Shown piece by piece: positions 35,905 through 46,556 of a stretch of 64,000 nt of DNA. Position numbers and translations under genes: made by a program. The notes below the pieces were generated by a model. The model ran no database searches. It was not told where the DNA came from and was given only the letters and a program-made list of their open reading frames with translations. The DNA lies in the sequence record PP601403.1; one strand, given 5' to 3'. Positions within the stretch are counted from its first letter, which is position 1; every line of letters starts with the position of its first letter.

Positions 35905-36780
35905 ATGATTCTGATTAAAAACTATTCAAAGGCTGATCTGCTTTTGACCATTGATCGCGAACTCAACCACGTGATTGGTTTCAAAGACTCCATGAAACTC
36001 TTTAAGGAAGTACTGGGTGGTTATAACACTCTGAGTACTTACATTGATCGCAATGCAGTTCTTAAAGGTATTCAGTCTAAAGTTAAATCCAAGATCGGTA
36101 ACAACTTTGATCTGTTGGGTGCAATTGAGATGGGAGTTAACAACGTAGCTTCTGTATTGCCAGAACTGCGTAAACAAGTATCTCAGTCTAGCACTAAAAC
36201 TTATGATGGTGAAACCATTACCTTTAAAGAACGTGGTATTCTTGATACTGTTTCAGCAATTAACTTCTTTAATCGCTACACCAACATGGTTTTAGATATT
36301 CTCCTGACCCAAGGTTATGACGAGAAAGCTGACGTTAAATCACTGCTCAATAAAGTAGACTTTGCTTTCTTCAACGACACTGCTGCTTACTACGGTAATC
36401 TCCTGACTCGTTTCAGTGAAGGTTATAAAGTAGTGCTGGAAGCTATCGAAGCTCTTTCCGATGAGCAAGTAGATGATCTCTCCGAAGGTATTATCGCTGA
36501 AGCAGAAGGTAAGGAAGCTGTTTCTGTTCGTCAAGGTCTTGCACCTCACGAAATGAACCCACTCTTCTGGATTCGACTGTGGAAGATGCGTCGCGATGTT
36601 TCTACCATTCAAGTATCTCAGGAACAGATCGAACTGATGGCAATGAAAATTGCCCGTTTGAATAACAAACGTTCCGGTACTGAAGATCCTGCACTTGATC
36701 GTCAAATCGAGACTTATGAAAATGAGATCTTGAAGAAGCGCGCTAAGATCGAAGCAATCATGGGGAAATACAATGGCTAA
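35905..36780 (+). CDS. Head protein (phiKZ gp90-like)
   Basis: 291 aa, helical with a C-terminal coiled coil; synteny. Confidence 0.55.
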   Translation: MILIKNYSKADLLLTIDRELNHVIGFKDSMKLFKEVLGGYNTLSTYIDRNAVLKGIQSKVKSKIGNNFDLLGAIEMGVNNVASVLPELRKQVSQSSTKTYDGETITFKERGILDTVSAINFFNRYTNMVLDILLTQGYDEKADVKSLLNKVDFAFFNDTAAYYGNLLTRFSEGYKVVLEAIEALSDEQVDDLSEGIIAEAEGKEAVSVRQGLAPHEMNPLFWIRLWKMRRDVSTIQVSQEQIELMAMKIARLNNKRSGTEDPALDRQIETYENEILKKRAKIEAIMGKYNG

Positions 36781-37297
36781 GGACTTCCGACACGCAAGAT
36801 TCGGGTTGGTTCCTGCTAGTTTCACTGATCAGCGAATGGAAGGAAATGAGCAAATTCTCAAATCCTTCCTTAAAGGCATTAATGGGTTTAACCTCATTAA
36901 TAATGCTGAAAGTCATATCGAGGTCTTCACCATTGCTAAAGAGTACATTGGTGACGACTTCCGTAGCTGGCTTTATGTGAACTACCGTTCAGGTTCTGGT
37001 GCTCGTAAAGATCTTGTTCGAGCAATTGTTGGTTACATTAGTGGGAACCTTTCCATTCGTAACGTAACTACTCAGATCAAAATCGATCTGGGTAAAATTG
37101 CTTATATTAAACCTGGTAAACAGATCCAAACTCCAATTATCTATGACGAGTACGATGCTCGTAAAGATAACTTTACAGTAGAAGATGTTGACTTCTCTAC
37201 TATTCAGAATCGTAACATTATGGATCTCTTTGCAGCTATTGGACCTGAACTTACCGCTAAGTTCTGTTTGAGCATTGATGGAGTCTATTATGGCTGA
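36773..37297 (+). CDS. Head-associated protein (phiKZ gp91-like)
   Basis: 174 aa, overlapping its neighbours; synteny. Confidence 0.5.
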   Translation: MAKDFRHARFGLVPASFTDQRMEGNEQILKSFLKGINGFNLINNAESHIEVFTIAKEYIGDDFRSWLYVNYRSGSGARKDLVRAIVGYISGNLSIRNVTTQIKIDLGKIAYIKPGKQIQTPIIYDEYDARKDNFTVEDVDFSTIQNRNIMDLFAAIGPELTAKFCLSIDGVYYG

Positions 37298-38555
37298 TAC
37301 TGTAATGCAAGAACTCCAAATGGCTGAGATCAGTTTAGCTAAAGTTCCTGATGTTTCAGAACTACAAAAAGAAGCAGCTAAGTTAGTAGAAGATATCCGC
37401 ACTGATATTTCTATTAAAGATCGTGTAGAGAAAGCACTTACCGTTATTAATGAAAAAGCCGATTACGAAATCACACCACAGCTGGTTAAAGAAACAGATG
37501 ACATGGTTAATGAGTTCGGCGGTTTAAAAGTTAAAGCAGGTGGTCGTATCTCTGTTGATGGAATGGAAAGCTTTGGTTTAACTGTTACTCCTAAAGAGTG
37601 GCGTGCAAGCCGTGTAGCTGGTTTAGAATCGTTTCTAGCAGACACTTATCGTAACATTAAGCGTTTGGCTAACCAACTATCAGATACGTTTGAGCGTCGT
37701 TATACAGAGCTTACTACTTCTTTGGAAGTACTCGATACTCGTATTGAGAATGTTACTTCTATGTTGGATTCTGTTACCCAGCAACGTGACGGTAAGAAAC
37801 AAGTAGAACTTAATGGTTTACTTGTTCGTGCTCTGACCAAAGGAACTGAACCTCTTCCATCAGATCTTGCTAAACACATTGTAAAAGAAGTTAACTACTT
37901 CTCTTCTGTGATGAAACTCTGTGAGATGGAACTGGGTCGTTATCGTGGTAACATCATTCGTTATTTTGGGAACAACAAACTAAAGGAACTTAACAATGTA
38001 ACCTTTAGTGCACCAAAGATTCTTAACTTCAATGGTAAAGTTGAACCTAAAGAAGAGAATGTTTTTATCCGTAGTGAATCAGCACCTATGCTGGAAGGTC
38101 GAGTAGTGAGTTGTAAATTCGTAGCACCACGTTGGTTGAAAGATCATTACACTGGTGAATCCGAAAACGACATGTACTCAGAACTTCTAGCTGAAACCGG
38201 GTTTGAACTTCGTGCTATAAATCGTAAAGACTCTGGTAGTGTTAATGTCAACACTATGACTCTGAGTCAAATGTTTACTATTCTCAAAGTTGTTCAAGAA
38301 CTAGTTGAATATATTCGTAATCTCAATAATGAATATAATAGTCTTGATCTGAATCCAGAAGAGATCAAAGATAACCTGGTTACTTTGAAACGTGGAGATG
38401 ATGAAGGTAAAGTACGTCAGTACGCTCTGCTCACTACTGATTATGATTACAAAGTTAATCTATTCAGGGCAGATGTATCTAACTACTTGACTGTGCTCTC
38501 CAGTCACCTTCTGACGCTTCTTACAGTTCACCTGGAGTGTTACGATGTCCAATGA
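37275..38555 (+). CDS. Internal head protein (phiKZ gp92-97-type family)
   Basis: DGMESF and AGLESF propeptide sites. Confidence 0.6.
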   Translation: MMESIMADTVMQELQMAEISLAKVPDVSELQKEAAKLVEDIRTDISIKDRVEKALTVINEKADYEITPQLVKETDDMVNEFGGLKVKAGGRISVDGMESFGLTVTPKEWRASRVAGLESFLADTYRNIKRLANQLSDTFERRYTELTTSLEVLDTRIENVTSMLDSVTQQRDGKKQVELNGLLVRALTKGTEPLPSDLAKHIVKEVNYFSSVMKLCEMELGRYRGNIIRYFGNNKLKELNNVTFSAPKILNFNGKVEPKEENVFIRSESAPMLEGRVVSCKFVAPRWLKDHYTGESENDMYSELLAETGFELRAINRKDSGSVNVNTMTLSQMFTILKVVQELVEYIRNLNNEYNSLDLNPEEIKDNLVTLKRGDDEGKVRQYALLTTDYDYKVNLFRADVSNYLTVLSSHLLTLLTVHLECYDVQ

Positions 38556-39528
38556 TCAGCAATCGCTGAGAAAGGGCTTAGAAGCGCTTATTTTGAGTGA
38601 TATTCAGATTGCAGGGAACGAATCCCTGCTTTCTGATGTATTTGCAAAAGTTAGCTCTAATGTAAAAACTGGTGTAGAGTGGGCTGGAGGTAAATTGGCT
38701 GACGGTGCTGTACAAGCACTTAAACAAGCCAATACCTCTATTTTGCAACAACTCGGAGCACGTAAGCTTCTACTCTCTAACTTAGCTAGTAGAACACGTA
38801 ATGACGGAATTAAAGAGAGTTCAACTCTAACTTCCGGTCAGGTTCGTAAACTCACTACGCTAGAAGGTAACGATAAAGTTACTCCTGATAACATTGAAGA
38901 TGATTTAGTTACTCTTCACAATGTAATCTCTGATGTACTGAAATTCCAATTGGAATTAGAAACTTATTATCGGAAAGAGTTGGGTTTACTGAAATCTTTC
39001 TCCTCTGTTAAGAACACCGAAGAAGCAGTTAAATCGATTCAAGCACTTGATCAACTTAGCTTTCCTACTCCCAAGTTCACTATTAAACAGGATTCTATGT
39101 TCCTAACAAGTGTACTTGCTGGTGGGAAACAGTTTGTGTTTAATCCGGACACTTGTAAGTTTACAGTAGAACAAGCTGATCTTAAATCTATCAGTGGTGA
39201 TGCTACTGTATCTTTTGCAAAGGAAGACGTACTCTCTTTGCTGACTAAAGTTAATGCTTTGGTTATCGATTACAATGCTGTCACTAAAGCTAATGAACAC
39301 TACATGAGCTACATCAAGGAGTTCAATACTGTGGTGGGTAAGAGCTTTGTCCATTTGGAAGAGATCAAAGGTCAGATCAGCATTTCTTTGATCAGGGATA
39401 TGCAATCTAGACTAGAAGGTAATCCAAAGGTATTTTCTTTCTACTCTGGTTTCTTACCTAAGATCACTCTTTACATTGACGATTATGTGGAAGCATTGAC
39501 GTCCTTCCTTAGTAAACAATTTAATTAA
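38545..39528 (+). CDS. Internal head protein
   Basis: AGNES site at residue ~25, followed by an amphipathic helix. Confidence 0.6.
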   Translation: MSNDQQSLRKGLEALILSDIQIAGNESLLSDVFAKVSSNVKTGVEWAGGKLADGAVQALKQANTSILQQLGARKLLLSNLASRTRNDGIKESSTLTSGQVRKLTTLEGNDKVTPDNIEDDLVTLHNVISDVLKFQLELETYYRKELGLLKSFSSVKNTEEAVKSIQALDQLSFPTPKFTIKQDSMFLTSVLAGGKQFVFNPDTCKFTVEQADLKSISGDATVSFAKEDVLSLLTKVNALVIDYNAVTKANEHYMSYIKEFNTVVGKSFVHLEEIKGQISISLIRDMQSRLEGNPKVFSFYSGFLPKITLYIDDYVEALTSFLSKQFN

Positions 39529-39580
39529 ATCGTTTCGCGTAAATTCAAACGTTGTCTTTTCTATTCAAGGAATTTTTATT

Positions 39581-40765
39581 ATGTCTCTTCATGATATTTT
39601 TGCTTCCGTAACCGGTAACGAATCCCTCGAAGGTACTGTTGAAGAACAGATCGAAGCTACTGTTGAAGCAGTAGTTGAAGCTCAAGTTGCAGCTGAAATT
39701 GCTGAAGCTGGCGAAGCCATTGCTGAAGCAGAAGCTGATATCAAAGAAAATGAAGTAGCTATTGAAGCTGTGCAAGAGAAAGTTGAAGAACTGGAAGAAG
39801 TCGTAGAAGGTATGGAATCCATGCTGTCTGGCGCCACCCCGTTTAACGCTGCTCTGTTCCATGACCAGTATAAGCGCGCAGCTAAGATTTCTGCCAAGTT
39901 CGGTCAACCGACTGAAGTTCACGGTGTTGAATCTTTCGCAGATGCTTCTACCGCTTCTCTGAACGCTCTGGCTGGTGTTGAGTCCTTCAAGGAAACTGCT
40001 GCCAAAGGTGTTGCTGCTGTTAAGAAGTTCTTCGTTGATCTGTACAACGGTTTCATCAACTTCTTTGCTGGTATCTTTAATAAGTTTAAAGGTATCGAGA
40101 ACCGTGGTAAATCTCTGAAAGCTAAACTGACCGCTAAAGAGAAAATGCCTGAGAAGGCTAAGCTGCCGAAGTCCTCTGGCTGGCTGAAAGCTGACGGTTC
40201 TGCTCCTTCTGTAGGTTCTGTAATGGAATCTGTTGTTAAGCAGTGTCAAGGTGCTATGAACGTTGATGCTTCCGGTACTCCGTTCTCCAACCTGAAAGCT
40301 GCCGCTGAAACCCTGAAGGGTCTGGGTACTGCTTCTCAAGCTGCTGACAGCGATGCTTCTGCTACCTACAAAGTAGCCGTAGAGAAAGGTTCTTTCACTG
40401 TTACCGTTCCTAAGAAGCCGGAAGGTCTGGCCAACGTCTCCGTCACCGTAGGTGCTCCGGAAGGTGAAGGTGTAGAGATCCAAGCTCCGGGTAAAGACAA
40501 GCTGCAAGATCTGGCTACCAAAGTTATGGTTGAAGCTAAGAAACTGCAACTGTCCAAACTGGATCGTAAAGCTCTGGAAGCAACTCGTGATGCCACCATC
40601 GCTAAACTCGAGAAGCTGGGTGCAGAGCAAGGTGCTGATAAGAAAGCTCAGATCGCCGAGTACCGCAATGGTACCAAGGGTGCTCTGAAACTCCAACAGG
40701 GTGGTCTGAAGGTTGCTGGTGCAATCCTGTCCGCTCAGCTGGACTACGTTGCTGCCTTTGCTTAA
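39581..40765 (+). CDS. High-copy internal head/inner-body protein (phiKZ gp93-97-type family)
   Basis: Glu-rich propeptide with TGNES, EGMES, HGVESF and AGVESF; extreme codon bias like the capsid gene. Confidence 0.7.
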   Translation: MSLHDIFASVTGNESLEGTVEEQIEATVEAVVEAQVAAEIAEAGEAIAEAEADIKENEVAIEAVQEKVEELEEVVEGMESMLSGATPFNAALFHDQYKRAAKISAKFGQPTEVHGVESFADASTASLNALAGVESFKETAAKGVAAVKKFFVDLYNGFINFFAGIFNKFKGIENRGKSLKAKLTAKEKMPEKAKLPKSSGWLKADGSAPSVGSVMESVVKQCQGAMNVDASGTPFSNLKAAAETLKGLGTASQAADSDASATYKVAVEKGSFTVTVPKKPEGLANVSVTVGAPEGEGVEIQAPGKDKLQDLATKVMVEAKKLQLSKLDRKALEATRDATIAKLEKLGAEQGADKKAQIAEYRNGTKGALKLQQGGLKVAGAILSAQLDYVAAFA

Positions 40766-40794
40766 TCAACACTGTTGATGCATAAGTAAACTAC

Positions 40795-40828
40795 TAGAGA
40801 AGAGAGGGCTTCGGCCCTCTCTTCTCTA
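40795..40828 (+). terminator. UUCG-tetraloop terminator
   Basis: tagagaagagagggc-ttcg-gccctctcttctcta. Confidence 0.85.
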
Positions 40829-40870
40829 TGTTTGTTCGCTGATTTTATGATCTCTACTAGGAGTACTAAG

Positions 40871-41962
40871 ATGGCTAACGAATTTGTGCCTACTGTAAAG
40901 AGTCCAAGTAAGGATAATCTTTACGAAGAGGTAATGAAACCTTATGAAGAAGGAATGAATTTCTTCTTAAATAAATCTGTTACTGTAGATAACAGTGAAG
41001 TAACAGAAGAGAATAAAGAAACTGTCGCCGGGTTAGAGTCTTTGATCAAAACCTTTACTCAAGAAAACAATACTGCTTTAGTTCTTGATCTTGATAATGA
41101 TAGTTTTATTAGTTATCAAGGTAGTGAAGGGTTTGGTACTAAAGTACGTAAAGGCATCGATGTACTTATTCAGTTTGTTAAAGATGCGGTAAGTTGGTTA
41201 ATGTCTTTAATCAACAATAAACTCTTTAGAATGGATAATCGTTCCTACAGAGTAGCATCGCGTCGTAAACGCTTTGGGTTAACTCAGGAAGACGTTAAGT
41301 ATCCAGCTGGTATGAGACGTCTACTTGTACCTAATAAGGTCACAGATGACGCTCAGTGGGTTTATGCTTCATTAGAAGACGTTAATAACTTCTACCTTAA
41401 AACCGTGCAAGTTTACAAAGACCTAATTGGCCAAATTGCTAAGAACCCAGCTACCTTTGATCTACACCAAGCTATGAGTGATGTCACCACCGTAATGATT
41501 CGTGGTTTAGGTATGAAACAAAATGGTAAGAATGTCGAAGGTACTACAAGTTGGGTAACTGATATTCTTCCTGGTAATCGTTATTTCCGTTTTGATGCAA
41601 GTACTGATAATAACACTGATCGTGTAAACATCTATTTTGAAGATACAACTATGGATGTTAAACTTCGGTCACAGACTTTCTCTCCCACTAGTTTCATGAT
41701 TGATAAAACTCTTGCTAAGATTAAAGAGTTGGTAGATAACATCAGGGCTAATCAGAAAACAGTTGGCGAGTTGTATCGTAAGTTTGAGAAAGAAGTTCTC
41801 CATTACGAAATGAAGCAAGACTATCAGATGACGAAAGATCAAAAGGATTATCTTCGTTGGTTAGTACGTATGAATAAGAAACTTTGTAGTTTGTCAATTC
41901 AGTACGTCACAGCTGCGGTAGATGTTTCTTTAGACTTTTGTGAAGCGGGGATTAAGGAATGA
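40871..41962 (+). CDS. Internal head protein
   Basis: RBS AGGAG supports start MANEF at 40871. AGLES and QGSEGF are followed by an amphipathic helix. Confidence 0.6.
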   Translation: MANEFVPTVKSPSKDNLYEEVMKPYEEGMNFFLNKSVTVDNSEVTEENKETVAGLESLIKTFTQENNTALVLDLDNDSFISYQGSEGFGTKVRKGIDVLIQFVKDAVSWLMSLINNKLFRMDNRSYRVASRRKRFGLTQEDVKYPAGMRRLLVPNKVTDDAQWVYASLEDVNNFYLKTVQVYKDLIGQIAKNPATFDLHQAMSDVTTVMIRGLGMKQNGKNVEGTTSWVTDILPGNRYFRFDASTDNNTDRVNIYFEDTTMDVKLRSQTFSPTSFMIDKTLAKIKELVDNIRANQKTVGELYRKFEKEVLHYEMKQDYQMTKDQKDYLRWLVRMNKKLCSLSIQYVTAAVDVSLDFCEAGIKE

Positions 41963-42492
41963 TCGCTGATATTAATCTGATAAATGAACGAATCTTGAAA
42001 CAGTTGTTTATTTATCAATTAAACAAAGTTAATCACAGTAATCTTCAAATTGATGTCGATTCAGTCCACTTTGCTAAAACTTCTGGTAATAAAGTTCTGC
42101 TTAGAGATAATAGTTCTCCAGCTGGAGTTGTTATTAACAAGATCTCTATTAATGATCTATTTGGTGAAGAACTTGACTTAAGTCAGTTTAAGAACCTGAA
42201 AGTTAATCACCAAATTAAAGGTAACTTTTACCCAGACGAACTCAATCGTGTTCTAAGCGATTTCAACACTAAGATGAGTAAAGTTACAGTAACTGAAGAG
42301 AACGACGTTATAGAAGGATTTAGAGGGGTTCCTGAGGACATTCTAAATGACTTTGTTTTGTTCTGTAAAGTTACAGGGTTCTTTGGGTTAAAAGCTAAAG
42401 ATATCTCATTAACAAAAGAAGATAATGTTCTCACTATTGAGATTCCTAGTACTCATCTTCTTTTCTCTGGTCAACTAAAGGTTTTGGTATGA
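41959..42492 (+). CDS. Hypothetical protein
   Basis: 177 aa, ATGA-coupled. Confidence 0.65.
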   Translation: MIADINLINERILKQLFIYQLNKVNHSNLQIDVDSVHFAKTSGNKVLLRDNSSPAGVVINKISINDLFGEELDLSQFKNLKVNHQIKGNFYPDELNRVLSDFNTKMSKVTVTEENDVIEGFRGVPEDILNDFVLFCKVTGFFGLKAKDISLTKEDNVLTIEIPSTHLLFSGQLKVLV

Positions 42493-43034
42493 TTAACATT
42501 GACCGATATAAACAGCTAAAACAATGTTTGGTGATCTTTGAAGCTTTGTATTTAAAGTCTGTTGTAAAGGTAGATACATTAGAGGTAGATCTTTTCAACC
42601 TTAGAAAAGAAATATTTCATTTGCTAGATGGGATCAATAAAGATTTCGTTATCCCAGTTACTTTATTACAGAACCAACGTTCCCATATTGACTTACGGGT
42701 CTTTCATTACAACTTTGACAGCTTGTACTTAAAGGTCAGTGAAGGTTCAGTTCAAGAAAGTTGTACTTTGGAACAAGCTTACGCAGAATACCCTAACTTT
42801 ACTCCTTTGTTAGATTATTACAAAGAAAACAAAGAAAATGGTGTTATATTCGAAGATCTTAAATTTACAACTACAAAGTTGCTGAATTTGATCCATACTA
42901 CTTTTAACATGTTAGAAGACTTAATTACTCGTAGAGATGAATTTGCTTCTTTTAACATTATCAATCTTCTTAAATTGGTGAATAGTCTACACACAGCAGA
43001 ATTCATTTTTGAATTTACCAACGAATATGAATGA
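42489..43034 (+). CDS. Hypothetical protein
   Basis: 181 aa, ATGA-coupled. Confidence 0.65.
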   Translation: MINIDRYKQLKQCLVIFEALYLKSVVKVDTLEVDLFNLRKEIFHLLDGINKDFVIPVTLLQNQRSHIDLRVFHYNFDSLYLKVSEGSVQESCTLEQAYAEYPNFTPLLDYYKENKENGVIFEDLKFTTTKLLNLIHTTFNMLEDLITRRDEFASFNIINLLKLVNSLHTAEFIFEFTNEYE

Positions 43035-43935
43035 GGTTAAAATGATTAATGTAACAACCCTTAACCCAGATTACGGTGACCAGATCTGTGAGACCATTGA
43101 AGATTCACCTGAGCTTCCTGTCACTCTGGTTAATGATCTTGATCACGTAGAAGAAGTGCTAGATGGTTATTCACAACTCCTTTCTCACGACGAGATGGAA
43201 CTAGCTAACTTACAAGGCTCTGAATGCTACGCTATGACCGTTCTTAAGCTTCGTGGGTACGAAGGGTGCGAGTCATGGATGGAAACGCTTAAAAAGAGCG
43301 CTGAGGCTGCTTATAAAGCAATCATTGAAACACTCCGTGGAATTAAAGAGTTCTTCTTTGGTGAAGGTGAGAAACAAGTTCAAGCTGCTGATGAGAAAGC
43401 ACAAGAATCTGTGGAAGCTTTAGCTGAACTGGATAAGTCAGCTCCTGTACCAGATGGTAAAGTTAAAGAACCCACTTCTTACTTTAAAGGTCTTGGTGAA
43501 TCAGTAGAGCTTCAGAAGCTACTTGATGAACATCCTAGCATCAAACAAGTTATCGATAAGATTAACCAATCAGTTTCTAGAGTTGCTAATTCACAAACTG
43601 TAGGGCAACTTGGCGCTGTTTACCAAGATATCCGTAAGTCAGCTGCTGGTGCCGCTGAAGAACTTACCAAGAAGCTTAAAGAGAGCATTGGTAAGGCCGA
43701 GAAAGCAGCTAATGAAATGAAGTCACCTAAGACTGTAGCTGATGATGCTCCGCAGGAAGTGAAAGACGCAGCTAAAGCAGAACACAAAGAAACTGTTGAC
43801 GAAGCTAAAGAAGAAACTAAGCAATCTCGTTTGATCGCAAGTCTTCGTAATAAAATTGTTACGGTTTTAAATGCTGTCTCTTCTAATGCTAATTCTGTTA
43901 AGGTAGAAAAGCCTGAGTCAGAATTCAAAGGTTAA
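43009..43935 (+). CDS. Internal head protein, paralog of the 49899/61818 family
   Basis: YAMTVLKLRGYEGCESW...IKEFFFG matches YAKTVLKLNG...EGSESF...IRDFFFG. Confidence 0.65.
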   Translation: MNLPTNMNEVKMINVTTLNPDYGDQICETIEDSPELPVTLVNDLDHVEEVLDGYSQLLSHDEMELANLQGSECYAMTVLKLRGYEGCESWMETLKKSAEAAYKAIIETLRGIKEFFFGEGEKQVQAADEKAQESVEALAELDKSAPVPDGKVKEPTSYFKGLGESVELQKLLDEHPSIKQVIDKINQSVSRVANSQTVGQLGAVYQDIRKSAAGAAEELTKKLKESIGKAEKAANEMKSPKTVADDAPQEVKDAAKAEHKETVDEAKEETKQSRLIASLRNKIVTVLNAVSSNANSVKVEKPESEFKG

Positions 43936-43944
43936 GGAGTTAGT

Positions 43945-44946
43945 ATGAGCTTTAAAGAGCAGGTACTCTCACTCCTTCCTCCTGGAAGTACTTTCCTTCG
44001 AATGTTCTCTGTATCTCTTACCCGTAGTAAAGTAGAGTATCAATTAGGAGAACAGTGGAATGGTATTGTAATTGATAAAGTAGATTTAGGTAAACTTTCA
44101 GAAGTTATTCCATTTATCTCTTTAACTTCTACTTGTACTATGAATGATCTTTATAAACAGATTTCTGATCAGTTTGATTTAGGTCTGGTGCAAGGAACAG
44201 ATTACAATGATTCCACTATACTTTTACTAGACGCTACAGATCGCTATATAACGTTACCTGTACTCCCAGATAGCCTTGGTTACTATGGGGAGTTCAAATG
44301 CCGTGTAAGAGCATCTGGTGATAGTTTAAACAGTTATTTCGGTAATCGTGATCTTACTACTATTTCTTTTGATAAACTATTTCCTTTAACTACTTTACGT
44401 TTTTATCTTGTTTCTAGAATCTTCTCTCTACCTACTGGTAAACTCTTTTCTGATGTTGGATTAAGTTCTGACTTCATTAACGAACTCGTTACTACTTTGA
44501 ATAAACAGTTTCCTAGTTATTCTACCGAGTACTTACAAGAACTGTTACATCGTGGTCAAGTAACTGGTTTAGTTAATGATGGTATCTCTGATCTCTTTGT
44601 ATTTAAACTTCCTGATGGGAATGAACTCTTTGTTCGTTTCTCTAGTCAATGGAATGATCTTCCTAATGTTAATTTTATTTTTAACAGTGGAATTAATACA
44701 TTGGATGACAACTCGGAAGGGTTGCTATCTGGAAGTGAATCAGTTGACTTGGAGAATCCGGTTGAGATAGGGGGAGTTTATTTATATAAACAAGCATTAA
44801 CGATAGTTAATGATCCTAATCCTTCTTTAACTCCAGAGGAGAATACTCTTCAATTAGAAGAAGAGATCAAAGAAGAAAGTATCATTAACGATAATGGAAA
44901 AGAGATAGAAATCATAGAAGAAGAAACAGTTGTTACATTCGAATAA
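43945..44946 (+). CDS. Probable virion structural protein with an acidic tail
   Basis: 333 aa with RBS AAGGAG and a Glu-rich C-terminus. Confidence 0.55.
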   Translation: MSFKEQVLSLLPPGSTFLRMFSVSLTRSKVEYQLGEQWNGIVIDKVDLGKLSEVIPFISLTSTCTMNDLYKQISDQFDLGLVQGTDYNDSTILLLDATDRYITLPVLPDSLGYYGEFKCRVRASGDSLNSYFGNRDLTTISFDKLFPLTTLRFYLVSRIFSLPTGKLFSDVGLSSDFINELVTTLNKQFPSYSTEYLQELLHRGQVTGLVNDGISDLFVFKLPDGNELFVRFSSQWNDLPNVNFIFNSGINTLDDNSEGLLSGSESVDLENPVEIGGVYLYKQALTIVNDPNPSLTPEENTLQLEEEIKEESIINDNGKEIEIIEEETVVTFE

Positions 44947-44956
44947 ACATAACGTT

Positions 44957-44988
44957 ACTCTACCTAACCATAAACGGTTAGGTAGAGT
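44957..44988. terminator. CTACCT-family hairpin
   Basis: actctacctaacc-ataaac-ggttaggtagagt. Confidence 0.8.
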
Positions 44989-45027
44989 TGTTTACTCAGA
45001 TGTTATGAAAACACCATATAGGAGTGG

Positions 45028-46545
45028 ATGGAGATGTTTACAGTTAAACTACCATCATCGGAATCGTATCGAATTTCAGTAAGACCTTCAGTGTTTAAAT
45101 CACTAGCTCAAGAGCTCTGTTACTTTAATCTCCATCAGAATAACCAAATCTTCTTTAATGGTGAAGCTGAAGTTTCTAAATTGATTGGTGGTGAGTATAA
45201 CGGAAGAAGAGGAAGTGATTTATCCATTGATGTTGGATATAACGATAAGATCTTTGTAGAGTTTGAATCAGAACCTTCTGGATTTAATGATGAATTAGAT
45301 TCCATGAGAGGTGTTACTACACCTTTACTATGGCAAGATCCATTAACTGGAAGTAGTATCAGACCTATATTCGAAGGTAAACGTTATACAATCACCATTA
45401 ACAAGTTCTTTAAGGATAGGGTTACTGCTGAGTCATTCAGACGAAGGATTCGTTCAGCGATCTTAGGAGAGCATTTAAATACACTATTTGATCTAGATAC
45501 TCACTTTCCTATTCCAATGGAAATATTAGCTTGTTACCAAGAGATCTATAATCGACTAGTTAATGCTAAAGCTGTTGATACTACTAACAGTAACTTTATC
45601 AAATGGTTTAGACAAAACAGTTTAGTACCTACTGATTATATTAGTAACTTAATTGGTAATAACGACTGTTTAGTATTTAAACAACAAATGGCTGATAATG
45701 GAATTGATCACGGCGACGTTCAAATCGCTAAAGTGAACAAAGGCCGTTACATTGGTCAATATGAAGTTAGTTGGAGTTATAGTTATCACTGGAACGAGCA
45801 TACTGAATGGGAATTAACATACCCCATTCAAGTATATCAGCAACCAATGAACGTAGAGTGGATGCCAGATGACTTTGATAACAATAAACGTAGTTATCCC
45901 ACTAGACGTTTCCTAGAGTCTAAACTAGCAAGTATGGTATTTGATTACCTTCAAGACAATGTAAACAAGTATGTCTGTTTACCTAGTCAAGATAACTGGC
46001 GACCTCCAACTACTAACTGGATCTCTCCTCAATTACAAGTATTGATTAACTTAGAAAACGTTCAAACAGAACAAGTGTTATTAAATGTAACACAGATTCA
46101 AGGTTTTGATTGGAATCCAACATTCCTCCATTTGATTTTGAAATACCATAAGAAAGTAACTAAACGACACAGTTCTCCTCTTAACTTTAAACTCTATTCT
46201 AATGACGTAGAAGTATTAGAAACTGACATTGAATTAAGAGAGAATGGTGACTTGGTACTTCTTAGACCAGGAACATTAAAGAACATCTATCGACTCACCT
46301 TTAACTTCGATACTGCTATTAGGTTATTTGATGATGGTTGTATTGATGACTTACTCAATGATCCAGAGTACGGTAAAGTAATTATAGATACACTATTCCC
46401 ACAATACCCATTCCCGCCTGATTGGGGAAGTGGCGGTAAAGATGACTGGTGGAATATCTACGATAATGTTGATGTAGGTGATGGTGAACTAATCGAAGAG
46501 TTCTCATCATACATGATGGGTCTTGGTATTATCGCTTATCGATAA
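45028..46545 (+). CDS. Virion structural protein (possibly neck/tail terminator)
   Basis: 505 aa preceded by the gatgttatg late-type motif; located in the structural block. Confidence 0.45.
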   Translation: MEMFTVKLPSSESYRISVRPSVFKSLAQELCYFNLHQNNQIFFNGEAEVSKLIGGEYNGRRGSDLSIDVGYNDKIFVEFESEPSGFNDELDSMRGVTTPLLWQDPLTGSSIRPIFEGKRYTITINKFFKDRVTAESFRRRIRSAILGEHLNTLFDLDTHFPIPMEILACYQEIYNRLVNAKAVDTTNSNFIKWFRQNSLVPTDYISNLIGNNDCLVFKQQMADNGIDHGDVQIAKVNKGRYIGQYEVSWSYSYHWNEHTEWELTYPIQVYQQPMNVEWMPDDFDNNKRSYPTRRFLESKLASMVFDYLQDNVNKYVCLPSQDNWRPPTTNWISPQLQVLINLENVQTEQVLLNVTQIQGFDWNPTFLHLILKYHKKVTKRHSSPLNFKLYSNDVEVLETDIELRENGDLVLLRPGTLKNIYRLTFNFDTAIRLFDDGCIDDLLNDPEYGKVIIDTLFPQYPFPPDWGSGGKDDWWNIYDNVDVGDGELIEEFSSYMMGLGIIAYR

Positions 46546-46556
46546 AAGGGTTACAA

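Noticed and set aside
39536-39580. Leader similarity with the capsid gene 5' UTR (gcgtaaa...gtctttt...ggaattt)
   Set aside because: Only short AT-rich matches with different spacing; not distinguishable from chance by eye.
39545-40696. 383-aa antisense ORF opposite the high-copy head protein
   Set aside because: Same codon-bias artefact.
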